Shown: positions 1 through 7,199 of the stretch, piece by piece | Layout of the letters: the number at the start of each line of letters is the position of its first letter | How positions within the stretch are numbered: position 1 is the first letter of the stretch | Assembly (NCBI GenBank): GCA_963544505.1 | Contig: CAUUFM010000001.1 | Span: forward strand, 1 to 56,156 | Direction: 5' to 3' | From: an uncultured Lachnospiraceae bacterium | GTDB taxonomy: Bacteria; Bacillota; Clostridia; Lachnospirales; Lachnospiraceae | Length of the DNA: 56,156 bases | Translations under genes and position numbers: made by a program | The notes under the pieces: generated by a model | What the model saw: the letters and a program-made list of their open reading frames with translations, nothing else | The model's database searches: none | What the model was told of the DNA's origin: nothing

Positions 1-35
1 CAGATAATGAAGATGAATGGGATATTGAAATATAA
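1..35 (+). CDS. 3' end of a small ORF cut by the window edge; paralogue of 1039..1164
   Basis: Reads DNEDEWDIEI-stop, identical to the C-terminus of the 41-aa ORF at 1039..1164; lies inside the 99-bp direct repeat. Confidence 0.4.
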   Translation, partial: DNEDEWDIEI

Positions 36-57
36 GAGCGTAAAAGCTCTTTTTTTG
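35..57 (+). terminator. rho-independent terminator
   Basis: AGAGC-gtaaaa-GCTCT stem-loop followed by a T7 run. Confidence 0.6.
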
Positions 58-177
58 TTGCCAATATCTCATTTGTTGTTAAGAATAGAGGATTAAATGG
101 AGATTTTAGAGCAAAAGTAGCAGTATTTCGCTTAAGCTTGACAATAAATAATTTTTTAAAACAGAATAGGAAATATT

Positions 178-759
178 ATGAGTATGTGGTATATTTATGA
201 TATATGGTTAATTATATATTATACAGTTGCAGGAGTGTATTTATTATATATGGATAATAATTTATTAGGAGCTGTTATTGTAGCAAGTTCCGGAATTATA
301 GGTGCTGTTATAGGCACAATCGGGGTTTCATTAAAAGGAAATAAAAATATTGAAAAATTGGATATTAAGATGGATAAAGACTGTGGCAGGTTATCAAGAG
401 AACACGACAGCCTATTGATAAAGCAGGAAAAGATGCTTGATAAACAAATAAGTCAAGAAAGTATCTTAATGCTTTTAAAACATCAAATGGAAGATAGGCG
501 AAGGCAAAAAGACAGTATAAGAGAAGATATAGGAGAAAATTTGTTTAAGAATGTAGACAGCAGCATTGCTACGCTGCAAATATTGGCAGAAGAAGTTAAG
601 AAAAAGAATGAAGAGATAAAAGAGCTTAGGATTTTGATAAATGACCTTACGGAAGAAAATAAACAATTATCAGATGAGCTTAAAGAATATAAACATAGCT
701 TCAATAATAATAGGAGTTATAATCCGGATAGGGAAGATGAAGAAGAGCTTGAGTTGTGA
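178..759 (+). CDS. membrane-anchored coiled-coil protein, function unknown
   Basis: 193-aa ORF. N-terminal hydrophobic segments (IWLIIYYTVAGVYLLY, GAVIVASSGIIGAVIGTIGV), then a heptad-like charged region and an acidic tail. Confidence 0.6.
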   Translation: MSMWYIYDIWLIIYYTVAGVYLLYMDNNLLGAVIVASSGIIGAVIGTIGVSLKGNKNIEKLDIKMDKDCGRLSREHDSLLIKQEKMLDKQISQESILMLLKHQMEDRRRQKDSIREDIGENLFKNVDSSIATLQILAEEVKKKNEEIKELRILINDLTEENKQLSDELKEYKHSFNNNRSYNPDREDEEELEL

Positions 760-778
760 TAAAAAGTGTTTTTATCCC

Positions 779-807
779 TTGTTTTAACGGCTGTTGTCTG
801 CTATAAT
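779..807 (+). promoter_or_regulatory. sigma70-type promoter with extended -10
   Basis: TTGTTT (779-784), 17-nt spacer ending in TGc, TATAAT (802-807). Confidence 0.6.
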
Positions 808-813
808 ATAGTT

Positions 814-1009
814 GAGAAATAAGCTCGGGGGTAGCACTTACCTCTTCCCTGAAACAGGGGGGTTAGAAATCGACTGTGTCAGCGAAAAGTGTTGCCGTAT
901 AGGCTGCGGTAGACCAAAGCGTGGGGGAAGTGAGCTGTAAAACCAGCCGAAACACGTTAAGAGCCATAAAAGGATTTAGAGCTATGCTTTGAATCCTTTT
1001 TGATTTTTT
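814..1009 (+). ncRNA. candidate structured RNA: cis-acting leader/attenuator or sRNA, family not recognised
   Basis: No ORF of 60 aa or more on either strand across 760-1019. Promoter directly upstream. 7-bp stem AAGGATT/AATCCTT (970-998) plus TTTTTGATTTTTT terminator. G-runs at 827-831, 857-862 and 923-927 can each pair with the pyrimidine tract at 841-849. Confidence 0.5.
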
Positions 1010-1038
1010 AGAATATGTTTTACCGGAGAGATAAAAAT

Positions 1039-1164
1039 ATGATTATGATTAAAAAAATTATGTATGAATGGAAAAAAATATCTAATTCGGGGTTGCTTAT
1101 AGAAACTTTAAATAATACACAAATTGATACAGATAATGAAGATGAATGGGATATTGAAATATAA
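1039..1164 (+). CDS. small hypothetical protein (41 aa)
   Basis: GGAGAG RBS 8 nt upstream of the ATG. Too short for the ORF track. Its C-terminus is duplicated at 1..35. Confidence 0.45.
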   Translation: MIMIKKIMYEWKKISNSGLLIETLNNTQIDTDNEDEWDIEI

Positions 1165-1228
1165 GAGCATAAAAGCTCTTTTTTTGTTTCCAATATCTCA
1201 TTTGTTGTTAAAAATGGAGGATTAAATG
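1130..1228 (+). repeat. 99-bp direct repeat, copy B (partner 1..99)
   Basis: See copy A. It ends exactly at the ATG of 1226..1666. Confidence 0.9.
1164..1185 (+). terminator. rho-independent terminator
   Basis: AGAGC-ataaaa-GCTCT stem-loop plus a T-run. Confidence 0.6.
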
Positions 1229-1666
1229 TTTTTATATGAAAAAGACTTAAAAGAGGCATTTTGGGGAAAGTATAAGAGCAGAGATAATGTAAAAAATTAT
1301 GCGTTTGAGATAGGCAGAAGCGGAGGAGCGGATTTAATAACATTTGAGTACTTAAACAACCGTTATGAATATAATGCTTTTGAGTTTAAGATTGATAATA
1401 TAAGCAAGGCTATTTTGCAAGCCAATTACAATTTGAAATATTCCCATAAATCGTGGATAGTATTGCCTGAAGAAAAACGAAATATAATACAAAACAAGTA
1501 TTATACACAAATCAAATGGACAAGAGGACTTGGTGTTATATTTGTGAGAGAAGGGGGGTATTATGATTTTTTTATAAAGCCTATGCCCAATGATAGTGTT
1601 TTAGTTAATCAAGAGCTTTTAAAACTTGCAGTGTATAGCAGGGATATTGGAAATAAAAGAAGCTAA
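1226..1666 (+). CDS. PD-(D/E)xK-like (MmcB-like) nuclease-fold protein, putative
   Basis: GGADLITFE ... NAFEFKIDN ... QANYN resembles a D...ExK...Q restriction-endonuclease-like core. Motif-level call only. Confidence 0.4.
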   Translation: MFLYEKDLKEAFWGKYKSRDNVKNYAFEIGRSGGADLITFEYLNNRYEYNAFEFKIDNISKAILQANYNLKYSHKSWIVLPEEKRNIIQNKYYTQIKWTRGLGVIFVREGGYYDFFIKPMPNDSVLVNQELLKLAVYSRDIGNKRS

Positions 1667-1729
1667 TAAAAACCTGATGAAATATATTTTTTTCCAATAT
1701 CAATAATAATAGTAGGAGGATTAAAAAAA

Positions 1730-2293
1730 TTGAAAAGATTGTTTGTAGATATGGACGGCACATTAGCCGTCTTTTCTTATGAAAAAACTATTGAGGATTT
1801 GTATAAAAAGGGATATTTTGAGAATTTAAAACCTATTTATGAGGTTGTAGATGCAATAAAATATATCATTACAGATACGCCTATAGAAGTTTATATACTA
1901 TCTTCATATTTATCTAAGAGTAATTTTGCTTTGGCGGAAAAACAAAAATGGTTGGATAAATATTTACCTGAGATAAAAATATCCAATCGTATATTTTTGC
2001 CATATCCTGAAAATAAAGCTGAAGCTTTTAGAAGTTTGAGCAAAGATGATTATTTATTAGATGATTATACACCTAATCTTATATCTTGGAATAAGAAAGG
2101 CGGAACCGGTATAAAATTATTAAATGGAATAAATGATACTACCGGAGTGTGGAAAGGGTTAAAGATAGGATATGATGATATATATTTAGTAAATAATCTT
2201 ATACATCTTTTTCTTGATAAGAATATAGATACAACAGATGAAGAAATACCGGGACAATTAAAACTTGATAAAAGTATTTTTAAGATAAATTAG
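1730..2293 (+). CDS. HAD-superfamily 5'(3')-deoxyribonucleotidase-like (NT5C-like) phosphatase
   Basis: N-terminal FVDMDGTLAVF (DxDxT motif I). Size about 190 aa. TTG start behind a GGAGG RBS. Confidence 0.6.
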   Translation: MKRLFVDMDGTLAVFSYEKTIEDLYKKGYFENLKPIYEVVDAIKYIITDTPIEVYILSSYLSKSNFALAEKQKWLDKYLPEIKISNRIFLPYPENKAEAFRSLSKDDYLLDDYTPNLISWNKKGGTGIKLLNGINDTTGVWKGLKIGYDDIYLVNNLIHLFLDKNIDTTDEEIPGQLKLDKSIFKIN

Positions 2294-2302
2294 GAGGATA
2301 GT

Positions 2303-2998
2303 ATGCCGCAAAAAATCATATTAATAATTGTAGGACTTTTGATATTAGCGGGAGGGTTTGTTGTTGCTCTTATCGTAAAAAAAGGTATGAAAAAAGATGA
2401 AAAAAATCTTAATAACGATGAAGAGGCTATAGCTCAAGATTTTGTAAATGTGCTTGATATAGATAATGATGGGATATTATATACTGCAGATAATTATCTT
2501 ATGCTGTATATTAAAGTATCAGCTGTAGCACTTGATCTGCTTACATCAAGTGAAAAAAAGAGTCTTCAGGATAAATTAACATCTTCTTTAAGCGGGTTTA
2601 GTAAAGCGTGGAAATTTTTAGCTTTAAGTAGACCTATAGATATTCAGCCGCTTATAAACAGCTATACGGAAATAATGAGTAACACTGATGATATGATAAA
2701 GAGAAAGTTGCTTAGAAATTCAATAAGACAAATAGGGTCATATGCACTGACAGGAGAGGTAATACAGCGGCAATTCTTCTTTTGTATATGGGAAAAAGCA
2801 AAGGATAAAAACGCGATTTCAGAACTTAAAAAACAAGGTGATGATATGGTGTACCTACTTTCTAATGCCTCATTAGAAGCTGAAATAATAAAAAGAGAGG
2901 ATATAATAAGACTGATTAATCTAATCAATAATCCGTCTAAAACAGCTTATGAAAATACGGACGTACTTGATATGGATATTATACAGATATATCAATAA
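2303..2998 (+). CDS. membrane-anchored protein resembling the N-terminal domain of VirB4/TrsE-type ATPases
   Basis: One N-terminal TM helix. The region DIDNDGILYTADNYLMLYIKVSAVALDLLTSSEKKSLQ follows the VirB4 N-domain pattern. It sits 15 nt upstream of the ATPase ORF. Confidence 0.45.
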   Translation: MPQKIILIIVGLLILAGGFVVALIVKKGMKKDEKNLNNDEEAIAQDFVNVLDIDNDGILYTADNYLMLYIKVSAVALDLLTSSEKKSLQDKLTSSLSGFSKAWKFLALSRPIDIQPLINSYTEIMSNTDDMIKRKLLRNSIRQIGSYALTGEVIQRQFFFCIWEKAKDKNAISELKKQGDDMVYLLSNASLEAEIIKREDIIRLINLINNPSKTAYENTDVLDMDIIQIYQ

Positions 2999-3013
2999 AA
3001 AGAGAGGATAAAA

Positions 3014-4774
3014 ATGGATAAAAACAAGACATTATTAGATATAATAGCTCCAATGCACTTAAAATTTAATAGGAATAATCTGATATTGGGAGAAAATTTA
3101 GCTAAAATATATGCGATTATAGGCTATCCGTCAAAGGCAAAAATAGGTTGGTTGTCCAAGCTTACAAATATGACAAGCACAGTTGCAAGCATAAGCTTTG
3201 AGCCTATATCATCAGGAGAGTTCATAAGTCATTTAAGTAAAAATATAGCACTTAAAAGAGGAGATGCGTTAAGCCTTACAGATCCGCTGCAAAAGCAAAG
3301 GGCTGAAAGAGCGGTTGAGGACGGTGAAAAATTGCTTTCCAAGATAGACAGTGAGGGTGAGGCTATAGGACTTATGAGTGTGTGTCTTATGGCAATGGCA
3401 TCCGAAAAAGATTTATTTGAGCAGGTATGTAAAAAGATAGAAGCAGACATAAGTATTGCCAAATGTAGGTCGAGAGTATTAGCTTTTAGACAAAAACAGG
3501 GATTAATGGCTATGTTGCCTTCATATACAAAAAATAAAAGCGTATCTGAAACGTCGGATAGGATAGTTCCTTTATCTGCACTTATAGGCGGATTTCCGTT
3601 TGCAGCAAGCGGATACAATGACGGAGCGGGCTATTGTTTTGCAAAGGATAAGTCAGGAGGGCTTATTATAATAGATTATTGGAAGCGAGGCGGAGATAGG
3701 ACAAACTCAAATATGGTTATAATGGGACAGTCAGGACAGGGGAAATCTATTGCAGTGAAGCATTTGATAGTCAACGAGTATATGCTCGGAACTAAAATAA
3801 TCATAATAGATCCGGAGCGAGAGTACAAAGACTTGTGTGCGAACTTAAAAGGTGATTGGATAAATGCGGCAGGAGGAAGCAAGGGCAAGATAAATCCGTT
3901 GCAGATATTGCCGATATCAAAAGAAGATGATAAAGACGATTATAAAGACAGTATGCCTGATATGGCAGTCTATCTAAAACACCTTGAAATGTTTTTTAAG
4001 ACCTATTTACCTAATCTGACGGATAAGCAAACAGCTATATTAAACAGCGAGCTTATAGAACTTTATAATAAATTCAATATATGTTTTGATACAGATATAA
4101 GCGTATTAAATAACACGGACTTTCCCATTGTAAGCGACCTATATAATCAACTGCTTGATAAAGAGGGAGAAGATTATCAGGATTTGGCATTATTATTAAA
4201 AAATATGGCTATAGGTTCTGACAGTCTTTTATGGAACAGTCATACAACCTTGCAGCCCAACAGCAAACTGATTGTGCTTGATACGTTTGATTTACAAGGG
4301 TCCGGTCGAATAATGAGAACAGAATATCTTATGTTGACTACTTGGATGTGGAGAGAAATATCAAGGGACAGGAAAGAAAAGGTAATAGGTATATTTGATG
4401 AGGCATATCTGCTTATTGATGAGAATGTTCCTCAAACATTGGCATTTTTAAGGAACGGTGCGAAAAGATGCAGAAAATATGAGGGAGCTTTTGTGATAAT
4501 AACACATTCGGTAATAGATTTTTTGGATCCGAGTGTAAAAATGTATGGACAGGCTTTACTTGATACACCGTGTTTAAAATTTCTTATGGGTTGCGATGGA
4601 GAAAATTTAAGACAAACGAAGCTTCTTTATAATTTAACTGATGCTGAAGAAGAACTTTTGTTGTCTCAAAAAAGGACTAAAGGGCTTTTGCTTATAGGAA
4701 GTAAGAGACTTAAGGCGAAAATTAATATACCGACATATGAATGGGAGTATATAGGACAATCAGGAGGAAGGTAA
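3014..4774 (+). CDS. VirB4/TrsE-family type IV secretion ATPase (central and C-terminal parts)
   Basis: Walker A GQSGQGKS, IIIIDPEREY, INPLQI, Walker B-like IFDEAYLL, RKYEGAFVIITHS. Confidence 0.8.
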   Translation: MDKNKTLLDIIAPMHLKFNRNNLILGENLAKIYAIIGYPSKAKIGWLSKLTNMTSTVASISFEPISSGEFISHLSKNIALKRGDALSLTDPLQKQRAERAVEDGEKLLSKIDSEGEAIGLMSVCLMAMASEKDLFEQVCKKIEADISIAKCRSRVLAFRQKQGLMAMLPSYTKNKSVSETSDRIVPLSALIGGFPFAASGYNDGAGYCFAKDKSGGLIIIDYWKRGGDRTNSNMVIMGQSGQGKSIAVKHLIVNEYMLGTKIIIIDPEREYKDLCANLKGDWINAAGGSKGKINPLQILPISKEDDKDDYKDSMPDMAVYLKHLEMFFKTYLPNLTDKQTAILNSELIELYNKFNICFDTDISVLNNTDFPIVSDLYNQLLDKEGEDYQDLALLLKNMAIGSDSLLWNSHTTLQPNSKLIVLDTFDLQGSGRIMRTEYLMLTTWMWREISRDRKEKVIGIFDEAYLLIDENVPQTLAFLRNGAKRCRKYEGAFVIITHSVIDFLDPSVKMYGQALLDTPCLKFLMGCDGENLRQTKLLYNLTDAEEELLLSQKRTKGLLLIGSKRLKAKINIPTYEWEYIGQSGGR

Positions 4775-4873
4775 AAAAATAGACAAATAATGCAATGATG
4801 TGATATATTAACAGTAACAAAGAAAATTTAGTTGTTGTGGGATTCCATTTTATTTATTAAGGAGGTTTTTGTT

Positions 4874-5563
4874 ATGGATTTTGAAATTATGATAGATTAT
4901 GATGATGCAATAGATGTAATAAATGATGAGGGAGAAGTTGATGAACTATTAGAGGCAAACTCATATTTTCCGGAAGCATTAAATTTGTATAAAGATATAG
5001 TGGAGGTTCGACTTATAAACGGTTTTGATGATGAAGATGAGTACTATTTGGAAGCTGCAGAAACAATTGTTTATTCGCCCTACAATATGATTGTTACAGG
5101 AGGTTGTTTGTGCAAGCCTCGTCCTTGTTTTTTGTGTGTAGGATTACGTAACAAAGAGGAGCATTATTTCCCGTTCGGTAAAGAGGACACGCCTTATGAT
5201 TATGCAGATGTAGCATATTTCAGGAAGAAAAGTGATGAAATAAAACTATTGGTGAAAGCCGCAAAAGCAATTAAACAAATAGACCTGCTGAAAGAAAGAA
5301 TATGGAGCTTTGAGTATGACCATAATGATATTAAAAAAGGTGAAATAATGGAACATCTTGATAAAATCTATCCTGTGGCACAAATAAGTACCTATTTCAT
5401 AGAAGAGTTTGAACACGAAGAGGATTTTGAGGAATTGGAATATTATGATGAGGATAGAATGACGGTTATGCTTGAGGCACTTGAATGGGTTGCAGAAAAA
5501 AATGAAGAATGTTATAAAAACAGATTATCTTATTTTTTAGAAATGAAAGAAAAATATAAGTAA
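4874..5563 (+). CDS. acidic hypothetical protein with a Cys cluster
   Basis: AAGGAGG RBS before the ATG at 4874 (the track ORF starts at 4832). Contains GGCLCKPRPCFLCVG. No family recognised. Confidence 0.6.
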   Translation: MDFEIMIDYDDAIDVINDEGEVDELLEANSYFPEALNLYKDIVEVRLINGFDDEDEYYLEAAETIVYSPYNMIVTGGCLCKPRPCFLCVGLRNKEEHYFPFGKEDTPYDYADVAYFRKKSDEIKLLVKAAKAIKQIDLLKERIWSFEYDHNDIKKGEIMEHLDKIYPVAQISTYFIEEFEHEEDFEELEYYDEDRMTVMLEALEWVAEKNEECYKNRLSYFLEMKEKYK

Positions 5564-5587
5564 GCATTAAATAGAAAGAGGTTGCGA

Positions 5588-6847
5588 ATGGCGAAATACA
5601 GTTATAAGCAGCTTAAGGAAATATTAAACGATGTAAAAATAGAACTGATACAAAACAGACAAAATTACATTGATTTTCTTAAGACTGTAGGTAATAATTT
5701 TAACTATAAGTACGTTCATCAATTAAGTATATATAAAAGCAATAAAAATGCAACGGCTTGTGCAGATTATGGGTATTGGAAAGAAAAAGGAAGAAACGTA
5801 AAAAAGGGCGAAGAAGGAATCCCGATACTTAATCATAATAGAGAAAAAGTCAGCTATATTTTTGATATATCTCAAACCGGAGTTTTAAATGATAAAGGCA
5901 GGAGAATAAAGCTGTGGAAGTATGAGGAAGAAAAACATAAAAAGGTTTTAGATAATATACTTAATCATATGGGAATAAAGAGCGGACATTTATCTCAAGC
6001 TGAAAAGATTGATGAAATAACCGGGTTCTATGCACAAAGAGAACTTGAGAACGTGCAGAATAAACTTTCAGAAGACCTGCTGAAGAAAACCAATCGGTTA
6101 AACATTCTGAAATTCATACAAAACTCATTAAAAATATCGATGTGTACCAGAATGAACATAGAATGTCTTATTGATTTTGATTCCTTGAATCTGATACAAG
6201 AGATTTCCGATATAAAAGATATAGATATATTAGGTAACATTATATCAATACAAAATAAAGAAATTTTAAAAAATGTGGCAAATGAAATAAATATAATCAA
6301 CTATATGCAAAGGGAGCAGGAAAAGCAAGCAAAAAAAGGAGGAATGGAAAATGCCGAAAGTAATATTAGCGGACAGGGAATATATGGAGGAAGACGGAGT
6401 GTATACCCCGACAGAAAAAAAGAGTCTATTCGAGAAGAACGGGGGAACGTATTCGATAATGACGATGGAGGACGGAGTGGAGGTATTGATAGAAAATATA
6501 GAGATGCCGGAGATGGTGGACGAAACGAAGCTGACAAGAATTGGGAAGGCAAGGTTGAACTATCTGAAAAAGACAATGAGCTTGGATTTTCAGATGATGT
6601 CAATAGAAGGTACTTTGATGGAGCATTTGCTTCAGATAGAGAAACAGGTGGAGGAATTTATAGAGAGGGAAAAACCGAAAATGATGAAAGATTGGAAGAT
6701 AGCGGACAAAAGAGATCAAAGGTACAGGAAGATGATGTCAGCCTTAAAGAAAAAAGCGATGCAACAAATAGTTTGCGTGGAGTGAGTCTTAAGAAAGAGC
6801 AAAATACTGAACGAGAAAAAGAAGCCGAAAAGGCTTTTTTTTGTTGA
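5588..6847 (+). CDS. ArdC-N-like ssDNA-binding (antirestriction-associated) protein with a long low-complexity G/R/D/E tail
   Basis: NATACADYGYWKEKGRNVKKGEEGIPIL matches the ATxVAGFxxWxxxGRxVKKGEKGI pattern of ArdC N-domains. The last ~500 nt overlap the TnpV-like ORF in another frame. Confidence 0.6.
   Translation: MAKYSYKQLKEILNDVKIELIQNRQNYIDFLKTVGNNFNYKYVHQLSIYKSNKNATACADYGYWKEKGRNVKKGEEGIPILNHNREKVSYIFDISQTGVLNDKGRRIKLWKYEEEKHKKVLDNILNHMGIKSGHLSQAEKIDEITGFYAQRELENVQNKLSEDLLKKTNRLNILKFIQNSLKISMCTRMNIECLIDFDSLNLIQEISDIKDIDILGNIISIQNKEILKNVANEINIINYMQREQEKQAKKGGMENAESNISGQGIYGGRRSVYPDRKKESIREERGNVFDNDDGGRSGGIDRKYRDAGDGGRNEADKNWEGKVELSEKDNELGFSDDVNRRYFDGAFASDRETGGGIYREGKTENDERLEDSGQKRSKVQEDDVSLKEKSDATNSLRGVSLKKEQNTEREKEAEKAFFC
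6351..6785 (+). CDS. TnpV-like transposon-associated protein
   Basis: GGAGG RBS 8 nt upstream. SLFEKNGGTY ... IGKARLNYLKK ... GTLMEHLLQIEKQ follows my recollection of clostridial TnpV (SIFEKMGGTY ... YLKEHR ... YLADID). Lies wholly inside the 5588..6847 ORF in a different frame. Confidence 0.6.
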   Translation: MPKVILADREYMEEDGVYTPTEKKSLFEKNGGTYSIMTMEDGVEVLIENIEMPEMVDETKLTRIGKARLNYLKKTMSLDFQMMSIEGTLMEHLLQIEKQVEEFIEREKPKMMKDWKIADKRDQRYRKMMSALKKKAMQQIVCVE

Positions 6848-7026
6848 AAACGGAAGATGTAAGCAAAAACTTAAATGACTACCTGGTTATAGAATTTAAC
6901 GAAACTTCAGATTTTATGGAAAAAGATTATTCTGGTGAACTTGTTACCGGGAAACTGCTTGATGAAATTAAAGAGCTTGATGAAAAAATTAGAGTTCATA
7001 ATGAAACAGTCGATATGGAAACATAA
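6841..7026 (+). CDS. 61-aa ORF, probably a detached N-terminal piece of the downstream giant protein
   Basis: TTG start inside a T8 run. Its stop at 7024-7026 overlaps the start-less open frame (7005-7199) of the next gene. Confidence 0.35.
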   Translation: MLKTEDVSKNLNDYLVIEFNETSDFMEKDYSGELVTGKLLDEIKELDEKIRVHNETVDMET

Positions 7027-7199
7027 CAGATAAATGGGCGGGTTATTTTAAATTTTATTTTGATCATATAGAAAATGGTAAAATAACGGAAAATTTAAGG
7101 GTAAACATAGGTGATGGGAATGAAGCAAATCAAAAAGAATTCGCTTATCTTTATGAGATAGTAAAAGAAAGGACTTTTAAATCACCTTTAGTTGATGAT

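Larger units (their letters stand above)
1..99 (+). repeat. 99-bp direct repeat, copy A (partner 1130..1228)
   Basis: By-eye alignment gives 95/99 identical. Covers the ORF 3' end, a hairpin terminator, the TT(G/T)CCAATATC box and GGAGGATTAAATG. Confidence 0.9.

Noticed and set aside
814-1009. Assignment of the orphan RNA to yybP-ykoY (GGGGAGUAGC-like start), c-di-GMP-I, SRP or 6S RNA
   Set aside because: Only short fortuitous similarities were found (GGGGGTAGC; GACCAAAGCG). The other conserved elements of those families are absent.
6351-6847. Treating the G/R/D/E-rich tail of the ArdC-like ORF as definitely spurious
   Set aside because: Similar low-complexity Gly/Arg/Asp linkers occur after ArdC-N domains in large ICE proteins, as far as I recall. 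I therefore kept both overlapping ORFs and flagged the conflict instead.
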